Assembly: GCA_907165135.1 (NCBI GenBank)
Contig: OU015567.1
Location: forward strand, 14,012,001 to 14,076,000
Direction of reading: 5' to 3'
DNA from: Oikopleura dioica
Lineage: Eukaryota; Animalia; Chordata
Length of the DNA: 64,000 nucleotides
This document shows, piece by piece, positions 36,489-49,198 of this stretch (positions are counted from its first letter, which is position 1; each line of letters begins with the position of its first letter). The notes below the pieces were generated by a model. The model searched no databases. It was given only the letters and a program-made list of their open reading frames with translations, and was not told where the DNA came from. The translations under genes and the position numbers were made by a program.

Positions 36489-36912
36489 CAGAGTTGCAAA
36501 TTTTGATTAATTTTTCTGAGTTGAGCTGAGCTGACCTGAGTAAAAATTTCTCTGAGCTGAGCTGGCCTCTTTCAGAGGTCATTGAGCGGAGCTGAGCTGA
36601 GCAGACCTTTTGTTTAAGAGAATTGAGCTGAGCTGAGCTGATTTAGCTGAGCTGTTATTTACTGTTTTCGGTAGTAAAATTGTATTCAAATCATTGAGCT
36701 GAGCTGAGCTGAGCTAAGTGATAGTTGTCTGAGCTGAGCAGAACAGATCATGTTCGAAAATAATTGACCTGAGCTGAGCTGAGCTGAGTGAAAATTGTCT
36801 GAGCTGAGCTGAGCTGAGCAGATCAGATCATTTTCCAAAATCACTGAGCTGAGCGACTGCTCAGCTCACTCAGCCCGCTCAGCTCACTCAGCTCAGCAAA
36901 TTTGCAACTCTG
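36489..36912. mobile_element. MITE with 15-bp TIR, perfect 10-bp target-site duplication and internal (CTGAG)n arrays
   Basis: CTCTCCGGAA|CAGAGTTGCAAATTT ... AAATTTGCAACTCTG|CTCTCCGGAA. Confidence 0.92.
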
Positions 36913-38380
36913 CTCTCCGGAAGCTCAAAGCTCAAAGTTCATCTCTTCTGTTTCTTCTGAGCAAAATTCTAGTTATACATTCGTTCTCTCCGTAATTCAG
37001 CTTTTTATCAGGAAACTCGGAAATTTCAGATAAGCGGCAATGAAATACCTAACTTCGGAAATAGAGAAAGGAACTTCTGATAAGAACTCTTTTAGACAAC
37101 CGACTCGACATTGTTCTAATGGAATTAGTGCGTTTTTACGGGGCGTCGCTTTTATCTCAATTATTATCAAATAAAAACTAGCGTCGCGTATTGACACGAG
37201 AGAATCGTATCATTGCCTCATGCAAAAATAACGTAAATTTGAGGCGTCAAATTGCTACTGTTACCTGCTACTTTGAATTACCCGCTAACTCAGCAAATGT
37301 ATTTTTTTTTATGCGTTTTGCAAGAAAAGTAAACTCGTGTACCCTTCTAACTGAAAATCCTCTTCTTGCAATTTCAAAAAAGCTCAACTCAGAAAATGGT
37401 AATGAAGGTCGCCAGTGATTAGTTCCGCAGTAAGTCATCAAATGATGACATGTTCTGCCCGCTGCTTATTTTGCCATTAGGTTCATTGTGAAAATTTGGG
37501 GAACCGACAATTTTGGTGTCTTGGGATTTTCTTTCTTCTCAAGTTCATGCTCCAATCTCCAAGATTTTACACAGCCTAATTGAAAGATTTTCTCTGGGTG
37601 ACATAAAATTGCACATTTTACGAACTCTTCTTCCCTCGAAAATCAGTAAGAAGATACTGAGCTCAGTTTTAGCTGTCTAAAAAGCAAACTACAGAAGTTC
37701 GAAAACCAGTATCTACGGTTTGGTGCCAGCTTGAATCGCGCACTTTTTAAAGAAATTCCTGCACGCCCTGCGCTGGTGGTGACGGTGCATAGTGTGGGGA
37801 TTGAGTGGCTTGTGGGCCGCATTGACAAACCGCTCAATAGTGCAATCCAAATGTTCACAGGGCTCCGCCGCCAACATGAACTGCCAGCTTCTTACAAGTT
37901 TAAGTGGAATTTCCGATGCTCATTTTAAAAACTAATTAGCTCTGAAAGCGCTACTAAGGACGGAATTACGGAACCGAACGGGGGATAAGACCTATCGCTT
38001 CTTGAACTGTTCTCATAATAAGATCGTCAATCAACTTTCTAAGTTTCCCTATCTCGGCTTGATAAGGCCGAATTGCTTGTTTCAATGAGCTTTTTCTACA
38101 ACAAATCCGTCTCGTTTTTATTGAATTTTTCAAATGAAAATGAACTTGTTCTCAAGCGAATTCTCGGCTTCACTATTAGAAAATGCTCGTGGTAAGGCCT
38201 TGCTAAAGATGACTACGTTTGCGGGGCTATTTTAGTATTCAGGAATTGCCGGTTGGATATCCCACCTGACGACCCTTATTCATCCCTTTTTTGTCATCCG
38301 CGGAATGACAAAGGGCCAACAAGACTTCTGGAATTCTTTGTTACGGCTTACCGTTATTATTCGTCTGTACCCTAGGTTTA

Positions 38381-38484
38381 GAAACCTGTGTAGAAACCCT
38401 GAATCAGGATTTTACATATACCGGTACCAATCTGTACTGCAGTTTCGCGAAAATTACCTGAGTCAGGTTTTCTACACAAGTTTC
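38381..38484. repeat. CCTGAGTCAGG-family inverted-repeat element, copy 1
   Basis: GAAACCTGTGTAGAAACCCTGAATCAGG ... CCTGAGTCAGGTTTTCTACACAAGTTTC. Confidence 0.8.
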
Positions 38485-40167
38485 CAAATCTATGGTACAG
38501 GCCAATAGTTTCTTACTGTGTAATCTTAAATATATCAAGGCGATAATTTATCGCCTGATAACTTAATTTTATTCCTGCTGCTACGACTCATATTTATAAA
38601 ACAATCAATTAAAAATAGGAAAATCTAAAGAAGTGAGACTTTAATTCAGTGAGTAAGAAAGAGATAGGTGGAATATTTACGATTAAAACATGATGATAAA
38701 GTATAAGAGCTTTAACTGTTAGAATAAATGTTTAGAGAGAGAACATATTTCTCGTTACTTAGAATAAGCAACTCGCTGACTTGTCGGGAATGTCGTGCTG
38801 AGTGGTGGGAGCGCGGAGAGGGGCGCTGCAAAAATTTTGATGAGCACAAATTCTTAACGTCTGCTCCCGTTCAACGCGAAAAATGCTGGGCGCGACGTGA
38901 AGTACCCCTTGTCAATTGGCGATCCGACAACGCAGGAGTGAAATGAGTAGCTACAGTCGTACTTGGTAAACATCAGAAACATCAAAGCTGCGAAAATGAA
39001 TTTCTTTGCCATCCATCGCCAAGCTGCTTGCAACTGTTAATGTTAATGAAGGTTCGTCGGGTTTGATCAACCTGTTTCAATAACCAGATACACGGGGAAC
39101 GGGTTAAACTTGTGGGACAGAAACAAGGATTATTCGTGTAACAAAAACGAAGATCGAATTCAATTTCTTAGAAGGATGAGCTCAATGCGGGCTCTATGAT
39201 GTCGGAATCAGATTAATACTACTGTAGGTTTTCAAGCCTTCAAATAAATTTACTTAAAGAGCTGGGCGAACCTAAAGCGATAATAACGATTAATCCCAAA
39301 AGAATAAAAAAAGCATTTAGAAATCAAGGAAGAGAGTTTTATTTTCCTCATTCGTGCATTTCAGTACATGTTTATTTATAGAGATACAGTTGTCGTCTGT
39401 ATTCAGGCATCGAGTCGACAAAATTTCCATCGTCCATATTGTAAGATCGCTCCTAAAAAGCATTGATATTATGACAACAATAATTAAAAAAAGCTCGTCA
39501 AACAAAGCTTACTTGAAAAATATTCTTGGGATATCTGTCCCAAAGTGATCGGAGCATTTTTTCGTGGTTGGTTTGCCAGGCCATCGCCGCTTAAAATTTT
39601 GTTTTTTTTTATAATTATGATTTGTTTTGAAATGAAAGGTAGTCTCTTACAAGCAAAGGAACAGACACAGGCTACAAAAAGAAAACGCATTTTGAACTGA
39701 TCAAAAAGGAAGTTCCATCGGAATAAATACTCGGCAACCAGTGCGCCACCTTTGACATGATGCAGGGCTCACATTCAATAATTAAGGGTAGTCTCCATTT
39801 ATTTGTCGGTGAAGTTGAAGGATGGCAGAGTTAACATCTGTTTTTTCAATCATTCAAGTGGTGATCTATTTTCTCCGGGGAAGTTCAAAGTAACCAAGAA
39901 ATTTGACCTAGATTTTCAGAATTTGCTACCAAAAATGTATCTATCAAAATATCTAATATATGATATCTATTTCAGAAATTAAGCCCCCAAAAGCCGTATG
40001 AAGGGCCTGCCAAAAGCCTTCAAAAATAATGTCCCTCAGATTACTGTTGAATTTGATGATCAATGAGCTTCAAATTTGTGAAAAATGACGCTCTTTTCAA
40101 ATATTAAAAGGTCACGAAATGACTGTCCCCAAAGTCATTCCATCGTGAAAAAGTAATCCAATAAATT

Positions 40168-41781
40168 ATGGGTTGCTCATGGGACGAAAAAGACAGATCA
40201 GAGAAAGTTTTCTGGCTGCAGGATATCTACAGTCTTCCAATTTACATGCCTGATGAAGGACCGCCAAAGTTTCTCAGGATGCATTTTTTATGCTGGAACG
40301 AAGTTATTGGATATTTTTCATCACTTCTAATGCTCATTTTGATCATAACTTCTTACTGCATTAGTCCGTGGTTTACAGTAGAAATCAATTGCGAAGATGA
40401 TACGCCAATGGAAAGGTAGGGAAAAAATCACTGAAAAAAGAAAATAAGATAAACTTTAGGAAAGCAGTTATTTCCGCTGGTTTATGGGATCGGTGCATAG
40501 AACTCTCGGACAAAATCGACGATACCGGAGCTCATTGCAAAAAATGGGACAGAACATCCCTTCTTGATAACAACTGGACTGACTGGGAGAGAGAAGGCTG
40601 CTACGATAACTTTTTTGTAAGTGCCCTTGAATGACATGGAATTTACACGAGTTTGTCTTAAATTATTTGTTCTGACAAGAAAATTAACGTGTTCTTTTTC
40701 TTTATTCCAGCAAAGCCGCAGTTGGGTTACCACAGAAATGCTCTTTTGTCGCCAAATGTACGGTGCTGGGATCGGTTGCATCGCGCTCGGTTTACTGCTC
40801 GTTTTCATAAAGGAAAATGGCTTTTCATTAGAATTGAACATGATTGATCTTGTCTTTCAAGAAAGCCACTTTAAAGAGCTTCAATAGAAACTCTCTTTGG
40901 AATGCGGCCGCAATGATGCTCTTCGTGGGAAACACCTTTATCCTCTTGCCAAGTGTTACTGTTTTGCTTATTCCGACGCAACAGAAGTTTTCGAGTGACA
41001 TTGCAGTCCTCACTCACGAGGTAATATTAACTCGTGTGGCATTTCTTTGAGCCTTTCAGAAATCAAAACTTGTTGTTGAAAACTTTTCCATCTCTTTTCC
41101 TGCATATTTGGCTTTACTGGGAATTTTGGCCATTTACATCGTCATCTTCACCTCTTTCCTCCGCTTCTACCACTTCCCATATCCCTATACAGAAGAAAAT
41201 AGAAAGAAACTCGACAAAATCATCTCCGAGTACCAAATTCTCGGGACAAAGAAATGGGACGAGTACAATAAACGGCAGAAAAACCGAGAAGAAGATTTGC
41301 TACAAGAACTTGGTTTGTTGCGTATAAGATTAATAACCCTAATTTGTTTCTAAAAAGATGAGCTGAGGCACAGAATCAATCAGAAATCGGAAAGGGCGAG
41401 CGCGATAAAAGAAGATGCCCAAATCGTAATTTGACTGTAGCATCATTTTTCTTGGCTAACAAGCATTCAAGATTGCCCCGACTGATGTTGGGCTCACAAT
41501 TAGCAACAGAACGCAGAAGAATATTGATGAATACAAAACAAGGCGTTCAGGAACGAGTTTATCAAAACTTTTAATTCACAACAAGGGAACAAGCTAAAAC
41601 TCGTCAAGCAACAAATATTATTGCAGAAGTAGACGCCATCAGCGAAAATTCACGCGAAGACTTTTCCTCGATCGGGACGAAATCGCCCATGCCAAGCATT
41701 GGTCGAGTCAGCGGATTCTCAACGCTCGAAGCTGTTTCAGAAATGGACGAGAAAAATGACAACTTTGAAGACTTCAATTGA
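40168..41781 (+). CDS. Claudin/PMP22-superfamily four-TM protein with a long C-terminal tail
   Basis: TM1 (IGYFSSLLMLILIITSYCISPWF). Extracellular loop with the W..GLW..C..C signature (SAGLWDRCIELSDKIDDTGAHC). Three further hydrophobic segments. The tail ..QELDELRHRINQ..EDFN* is joined through GT-AG introns plus one probable GC-AG intron. Confidence 0.75.
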
Positions 41782-41798
41782 TCTTTTGTAATAAAGTG

Positions 41799-43072
41799 TT
41801 AATTACAGTTCATTTTATTCTCGGTAAATGTCGAAATAGTAGTCGTCATAAGACCTAAATAAATCATGATGTTGCGGGAACAGGAAGTTGTTGGAAGGAT
41901 GTACCTAAGACTGCTTGATGAAATGGTGTGATTATCCGATTCAGCGTCGAGAATCTGACACTCGTCCGAATACGGCCCATCATTGTCAGAATCTCCCTTG
42001 TGCGGGCGATCCATTTGATTGAACTCCAGCATTTCGCCTTCATTCGCTTCTTCCTCTTTGAACATGATTTCAAACCGAGTTTTTAGGCAAAATATAGTCC
42101 ATTATTTCTTGAAATCTGTCCTAGGTCATCTTGCGCTTCATTTGCCTCGGCTCCTTTGTCTACATCCGTGTCTTTTCAAGATTCAACAGAAGCGTTTAGC
42201 TCAAAATCAGTAATAAAAGTTGAACCCGAATTCATTATTTCCAAGCATTGCCACGTCATTTTCAATTTCAGCAACCATCGCATCAATTGCTTCTTCGTCC
42301 TCATCATCGTCGCCGCCGTCATCATCGTCATCCTCAAACTCATTAGCAGCATTCATCTCCACAAAAAGGTCTCCTTCTTGCGTCGCTTCGGCTCCTGAAT
42401 AAATTAAAATTTGATCCCTATCACTAGTGACCTAGTTCTACCTCCTCCGCCGTCAGAATCAGATCCTTCTTCGTCCTCTTCTTCTTCTGCGGCGGCAGCA
42501 GTCAAATGCGCCGCATTTCTTACACTAGCCTTGTCTGAAGCCAGCTTCCCTTTCGACCCAGAATGCAGAGTAGAACCCGCTACGCCAGAAACAGCTCCCG
42601 ATTCCAAGCCAAAGGATCGACCTCTTTTGTAACCTAAAACTCTACTTTCGGGACATGAAATCAAGGAAGACAAACCTATTACCCCGATTGCCTTCTCAAG
42701 TCCTCTATCAACTGTCTTATTACTGATCCTGTCAGCTCTTTTGGAAGATTTTCTTGATAAGTTCAGATTGAAGCTTTTTGCTTTTACTGTCAGGAACAAA
42801 TCGTTAGTAACTTCTCGGTGAGGCGGATAAATCATCGGTTGGAACGGATCCTGCTCAAAATAGAAATAAATAAACGAAAAAGCCTTACTTTTAATAAAGC
42901 TCTGAAAATATTCTTCCTCTTTTTCTTCTCTGGCTTTGGCTTTTTCTCGAAAAAGGGAACGGAGTTGGCCCTTTTCGGGCGAAAGGGAATCGTCCACTTT
43001 CCTCCATAAAAAGAAGCAGTTTTGCCAAACTCCAAAATACTCATTCCTGCTCTGATCACTCGTACAATTCAT
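41799..43072 (-). CDS. Acidic, low-complexity protein (D/E-rich), multi-exon, unknown
   Basis: Acceptor TTAG|ATCAGC precedes the ATG at 43072. Exons encode MNCTSDQSRNEYFGVWQNCFFLW.., AAAAEEEDEEGSDSD, EFEDDDDDGGDDDEDEEAID, MFKEEEANEGEMLEF. Boundaries are approximate. Confidence 0.65.
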
Positions 43073-43332
43073 GCTGATCTAAGTTCATCCCGCGTGACAG
43101 ATAATTTATAAAGAACAAGCGCCCAAATTAAAGATATTAATCTACTTTGACGGGAAACTTCAATACCGCCCTTTCTACTCCATCAATTGAAACTATCTCA
43201 GGTGGGTTTTGAATTTAATCGGGCAATCTTTCTTTGGCTGTAGCGCAAATTTATAATTGCAAAATGAATAATGCTCCTAAGATTAGTTTGTTCCGAATTG
43301 CCTGCAATAGATCCTTTTTCATTCTAGCGAGT

Positions 43333-43463
43333 CTCGGCAACCTGTAAAGAAAATCTGAGTCAGGAGCTGAAAGAGCGCGAGGGAAAAGCCGCTTAGCGGC
43401 TTCCCTAAAATTACTTTCCCTTTATACAGATCCTGACTCAGGTTTTGGACTTGTGTTGCCGAG
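43333..43463. repeat. CCTGAGTCAGG-family element, copy 2
   Basis: CTCGGCAACCTGTAAAGAAAATCTGAGTCAGGA ... TCCTGACTCAGGTTTTGGACTTGTGTTGCCGAG; internal AAGCCGCTTAGCGGCTT hairpin. Confidence 0.8.
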
Positions 43464-43767
43464 CTCAGCGTTCCACCCTGATTTCAATTAGAAAAACAGA
43501 AAGTTTTAATGGGAAAAAGGGGTCACTTTATTGGAAGTTGAATTGAGGGAAACATGTAGGGTTGAACAACAAAGGCAGAACGAGCAACCATTGCTCTATT
43601 TTCATATTTTTTGAGATTTATTTTCTGGAAGACAGAAATTCCGTGTTCAGTTGCGAGTTCAGATGTGGAGGCTCTTTTTGAGCAAGTTGGTGTCGGAGGA
43701 AGTGGGAATGCTGCTGAAGTGGCTCTTCATTTTTTTGAATTTAGAATTTTCGAAAAAGGGAAAATTG

Positions 43768-46659
43768 TTAACAGGTGGAGGCGAGTTGACGCAGGGCCGT
43801 GCGGAGCTGAGCGCGTTGGTCTTTTTGGATCCCGAGCTGCTTCAGCATCTACCGAAGAGATATTTTTGAAATCACTTTCCTTCCTACCTTGGAGTCGTTC
43901 TTCTCCCTAATTTTGTCGAGGTACTTTCCGTCGATATTGTGAACTTTAAAAAGTGGAACCAAACTCTCCAGATGATTGTTGTTCAGCCACACAAGAACGT
44001 CTTCGTTCGTCCAAAGCGCCAGGAGACTCTAGCAAAATATTTCAGTTGAGGCTCTTCTTGACGGAGGAAAATAGGGATGATAAATAACCTTATCCTAAGA
44101 TTTCCTACACCTTTGGTCGAGAAGCCGCTCGCGGCTTCGAGCGAAAACTCAGGTAAAACCGCCCTTTCTGCGGCCTTTCTCTCTCGTTTGCTCGAAGCCT
44201 CAAGCGGCTACTTGTTGATGAAACAACAAGATCTACATTAGCAGAATCAATGAATGTACCTATCCTCAATCACTAGAAGTAATTTTCTTATTATATTTGC
44301 TTGAAATATAATAACGACGAACGATAATTATTTTATTATTGACAGTGGACCAAAAATCGCATTGATTTTTGACAAATCAAGTTTGGCTACTTTCGGCAAG
44401 CATTCTCTGCCGAATTTGCTCGAAAAAACTCACATCGTCGACTCTCGATTCTTCCAAATCGTCCAGCGCATCGAGCGTGTTTGATTCTAGCGTCGAGTAA
44501 CAGCTTCTGAAAGGGTTCAATCCGTCTTTAAAAAATAAAATTAAAAAGTAGTGTAGTAGTGGCTACGAAATGGCAGGTGAAGCTGGTTTCTAATTTGAAC
44601 ACAAACAGTACAAATCGATGAATAAAAAATGGACTCGAAATTCGGAGAATGGCAAATGGATGGTGTAGTTGATGATGGGTTAAACAGAAAACTTGGGATA
44701 CCTTGGTTGGCCAAGGGAGCGAGCGTGTGCGAGTTGATCTTCGAGATCTTTTATTCTTTTCAAGGCAGCGTCTAGTTCCGAGCGAATCTGGTTCTTTTCT
44801 TCGTGCAAATGGTCATTTTCTGAGCGAAGGCTTGATATTTCTTCCAAAAGTCTGCTTTGTACATCCTTAAAAATCGTCAAAAACTATCACTAATTCAGGT
44901 TCTCACCCTCATGAGATTAGGGTCATCTTCTCTGTTCACGTCGTAAGTTCCGTTGAGATCTTCTTGATCCGACTCGGAGTCTGTACTTTGTTGCTCGAGC
45001 TGGGCCTCTTGTTCTTGCTCCAGCGTTCTCAAAATTAAATTGCGCACTTCTGACGACTCCTGATCGCGATCTCGCGCCATCAGAAATCTCACATGCTAGA
45101 AAAAAAAACCGTGAGGAAAGAGAAGTTTCGAAAGTTGATCACAATTGACTCTAAAAATTTGGAATAAATCACTAGCAATCATGCTTACTTGATTGGTGCC
45201 TCTTAGCGCGTCAGAAGCGAAGCTGTGCGAAACGCCGACCAAGGAAACCCCATCGACTTCCACAATTTGATCGGCCATTTGAATTCCGACGCGTTCAGCC
45301 GCCTGGCCGGGGAATACTTTTTTGACGTAAATTCCGAGCCGCTCGACGCCGGAATCAGCGCCAATGCCCATTCCGATGATGCTCAAGCCGTAGCCGTTGT
45401 CGTCTTTCTCCAAATCTACTTTAAACTGGTCCATTTTGTCCAGACGCTTTTCGAGCTCATAGACTGCGGACTCGGCTACTGGGTCCAGATCGGGATTGCC
45501 ACGCTCGTAGTCTTCCGGCGTGTGGGTTTCTCCAACGAGAATGTGAGCCTGAATTTTCGATTATGGTAATCGGAGACTCCAACTAGATTGAACTTACTTC
45601 GCTCCAAGTCAGCTTTTTGCGCGTGGGAGGAAAGTCTGTTTCGGTAGGAAGGCCAGAAATGAAATGGTGAGGTAGATTCGGATCTGGCAGTCGACTCATG
45701 TCTGTCCTTCTGATTTGCGAAGTGGCGACCGGAACATTCTCCACGGCAGTAACATCCGACAATGACGACTGCGAGCGCGAGTGGCCTCCGATCGAGTCTG
45801 GAACGTCGCGGGAAAAGGTTGTGTCCAGCTCGTTCACTTCGATGCTCGGACGCGGCGGTTTACGACGCCCGGGCAACTCGGCCTACGTCAAAATCAGTTT
45901 TCAGTTTAATTACGGGGATAAATGTTATTCTGACTTGAAAGAGGAGTTTTAAAGAGACGAGTTATCACCTAGGCAAATTTTGCTTTTCCCGCCAAATCTA
46001 TTAGCCGAAGAAAATCAACAAAGATGGTCATAAATTGAGACTGACACTGGAATGCGTCAACATTAAAGAGTTATCGTTTCTTGATTGCACGAGGCGCCAT
46101 GTTTGCTCTAAGCAGGCAGAAGCGGAAATGTGCTAAAAGAATTCGTAACTCACGGGAATGGTCGGAATCGAGTTGTTGTCCTCGTCCGGCGAATAGCTCG
46201 TTTTAGTTGGCGCACTTCTTCGCGTCTTCCATTTGACAGGTGAGGCGCTTCTGTGAACACGCGCGGAGCCGAAATTTCTTCCACGGCTGACTGGGGTCGA
46301 CATTTGCTCGAAATTCTGAAATATTGAAATGAATAAAAACTTTTCGGAATTCCAACTTCTGAATTTCGCTAAACTTTGCTTCTGAGACTAGTAAGTTACT
46401 CTTCTAAGCTCGGCAACCTGAGTAGAAATCCTGACTCAGGTTTCCAAAGTTAGCTAGTCTGTAATAATTACAGATTACTAATTATTAGTAAAAAGAAAAA
46501 GAAAGCACGAACCTTTATAAGATCATTAATGGACTTGGCCCCAGTTTCTTCGGCCACATCTTCCATGATTCTGTCTTCCCTGCCGAGCGTTGCGGCTGAA
46601 TAAATCGTTGTTCCGTATTCTTCGTCTCCTCGTTCCAGCGCGCGCTGCTTCTCGAACAT
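43768..46659 (-). CDS. PPP1R9A: Neurabin/spinophilin (PP1 regulatory subunit 9): PP1-binding motif, PDZ, coiled coil, SAM
   Basis: RKKLTWS (RVxF-like); EDYERGNPDLDPVAESAVYELEKRLDKM; PDZ FKVDLEKDDNGYGLSIIGMGIGADSGVERLGIYVKKV..VEVDGVSLVGV; coiled coil; SAM WTNEDVLVWL..HNIDGKYL..LKQLGI. The exact C-terminal exon is uncertain (43650-43770). Confidence 0.9.
46409..46440. repeat. CCTGAGTCAGG-family half element in neurabin intron 1
   Basis: CTCGGCAACCTGAGTAGAAATCCTGACTCAGG. Confidence 0.65.
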
Positions 46660-48030
46660 AAGCTTTGCTGACTACTTCTGGTTTTAAAAAGGATTCAGAA
46701 ACTTGATTAAAAAAATCAACTTCCGCTGCTCTCTCTCTTTTTCTCGCAACTTCTGAAAATGGAGCGGCGAAAAAATAAAACAATCTAAACGCGCCCGTGT
46801 CAATCGTGTTTTACGCGCCAGAATGAAATGAGCAAATAGAATCGGAAAATGAGCAACAGTACTACAAATACAAGCGCAGATTTGATTTCTTTTTCTTTCG
46901 AATTTGCTGTTTGCTAGTTCAATTGAGAATTCTGACTCCTCGATCTGCTGATAAGAGAAAGTACAAATAAGCAATTTTATTATCCCACGCTACGGTAGTT
47001 CAATTCCGGCCACGAAAAAAGTTTCATAAAAGAAAAAGATCTTATTTGAAGGACTGAAGCGTTGGAAAGCTTGCTTGTTTGTGCTTTTTTCTTAACAGTA
47101 GAGCTAAGGCTTGATTCGACTACCCATTTTAGTGGTCGGACTTGGTCGTTTTCGGACCGGTTTTGGTCGTTTTTTTTTATTAAATTCGTCTTAGAAAAAA
47201 GGGGTTCAAAAGAAATCTGCGATTGTTTTTAAGATTCTTAACTGCTACTGATTCTCAATTCTGAAAATAACTCATATTTTCTCTTTGACTTTTTTAAAAC
47301 CGTTGCCTTGAAAGCTGCACGGCCGGACTTTCGTTCAGGGGCGTTTGAATCCAAACTGCGCCGGGTGGCTACCCCTCTCATGAGGTGGGGTCCGTCGCTC
47401 GGAATCTTAACCGATTTTCAATTCTGAAAACAATTGCACCGTTTTAAAAATTGAAATAATTCTCTCGCGCTCTAAAAATTCATAAATAGGAATTGAAAGA
47501 AGGTGAATAATGGTTGAATTAATTAAAAGATATAGTTTTATAGTCCACTGCGTCAGATCCAAGCAGTTTTATGATGGCTTTTTCGTGAATAATTACAAAA
47601 TAAATCAACGAAGAGTTAAGGTCTTCCCTTCCTTAATTTTACGAAATATAATGAATAAATATGGACATCACGAATAACCCTCAATAAATAAAATGAGCGT
47701 AAAATCTTCATCATTGAATTTTTCTCTCTTTTTCGTTGTTGATTTTGAAGAAGTCGAATTGTGAAGAGTACAAATTGGCGGCACTCTAATTCGTTTTAAG
47801 TCTCTCTCTGTGTTTTTCTGAATTCGCGCTCCAAAAAGAGGGGTGCATACAAAGGGAGATTCAAACAAAGCGTGTTCGAAAAAATTTAATTTATGAAGAA
47901 GAATAAAGAATATAAAAGGTGTCTTTGTTGTTTTTTCTCTTTTTGGGGCGCAAGTGGATTTTTTTAATTGGAAAATTATTGAAATCAAGAAAGAGGAAAT
48001 GATCAAAACATAAAGCGTTACCTTCAACTA

Positions 48031-48170
48031 AAGCTCAAGAAAACCTGAGTCAGGGCCTGAAAAAGCCGCGAAGCTAATTTTTATTCCGAGGAAACCGCGT
48101 GACGGCTTCGTTTTAAAAAAGCCGCTGCGCCCTTTCAGATCCTTACTCAGGTTTTTAACACGAGTTGTGT
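48031..48170. repeat. CCTGAGTCAGG-family element, copy 4
   Basis: AAGAAAACCTGAGTCAGGG ... AAAAAGCCGC (twice) ... ATCCTTACTCAGGTTTTTAACAC. Confidence 0.7.
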
Positions 48171-49198
48171 TACGAAAAATGCTGCCATTTTACTAATTCG
48201 TACTAATAAACAAAAAACTAAAATCGTAAAATTTCAAGAGCTCTAGAAAAGGATCCATGATGTGAACGTTGGGAGACGGAAGTTGGGTGGTTGATAAAGT
48301 CTCTATTTTGGGTTAATTGAAATAACTTGTCCGGTTGATGTCAGTTTCAAAAGTTGGCCGCGGTAGTTGTAAAATATGAAACTGGGGGGAGATCGATAGC
48401 CCTCAAGGCAAATCTACTCGCAGCATAATGCAAAACGCATTAAACATAATATACTACACACACTCTGCCACAACAACAAATATGAATATCACTCCTGCTT
48501 TCCAACTGAAAAGCAATTATTCAACCAAAGAAAAAACCCAATTTTCATCATAAACGGTGACCTTGAAAAAAGAAATCTTCAAAACAAGAAACAAATTCTT
48601 TCTCTGACCAAAAAACTCCTCAACAATGAATGAAAAATGAGTTCCAAAGAAGATTTAAAGGCAGAAGAGCTCAAATCTCCAGAGAGGGAGTACTACTTCA
48701 GTAAATTGAAAAAGCGCTCGTTGACTTTTTCCGCCTCGTTGTCCACCCATCGCCGCTCAACTTGAAAATATTATCAACGCCACAGCCAACTCCAAAACCT
48801 TCATTTTTGACAAGTTGAATATTTTTTATTAATCCAAAGCTTCGCGATGTTTTAGGGTATCATTTCAATTACTTTTCCCTTGAAGCTCATTATTTGGGAG
48901 TTTGGCGAAGCCGCTACGCGACTTCGTTTATAAAAGCCGCTCTGCAGCTTTTTTTTTTATAAAAAATGAAAGTAGATACTATTAACTAAATAAATTAAAA
49001 AGTAAGAATATTTTTGGATTATGGCCAATATTGAAAATACGAAGATTTTATCAAATAAAAATGCAGCGGAAATTGAAGAAGAAACGAGGATGAATACAAT
49101 CAACAATGAGTGTTTTTATTAAAATTGATAATTGAAGTATAGAAATGCAATTACATTTTCGAACTTTCGGGCAGTTGGCAAGTTTACAGCTAAAAGGT

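Noticed and set aside
36489-36912. Repeat arrays (CTGAG here; also the GTCGA, CTAGG and 35-bp units elsewhere) as CRISPR
   Set aside because: No constant repeat with unique spacers, no cas genes, eukaryotic context. TIRs and TSDs identify them as MITEs.
38728-38946. Cys/Trp-containing ORF as a retroelement or zinc-finger fragment
   Set aside because: No complete motif, no LTR or RT/integrase signature, and no splice support.
40801-40861. GA donor (AAG|GAAAA at 40813) in the claudin-like gene
   Set aside because: An in-phase canonical GT at 40801 can explain the junction, so it was not counted.
47668-48027. 119-aa F/K/I-rich ORF
   Set aside because: AT-rich low-complexity composition typical of non-coding DNA; no splice or motif support.
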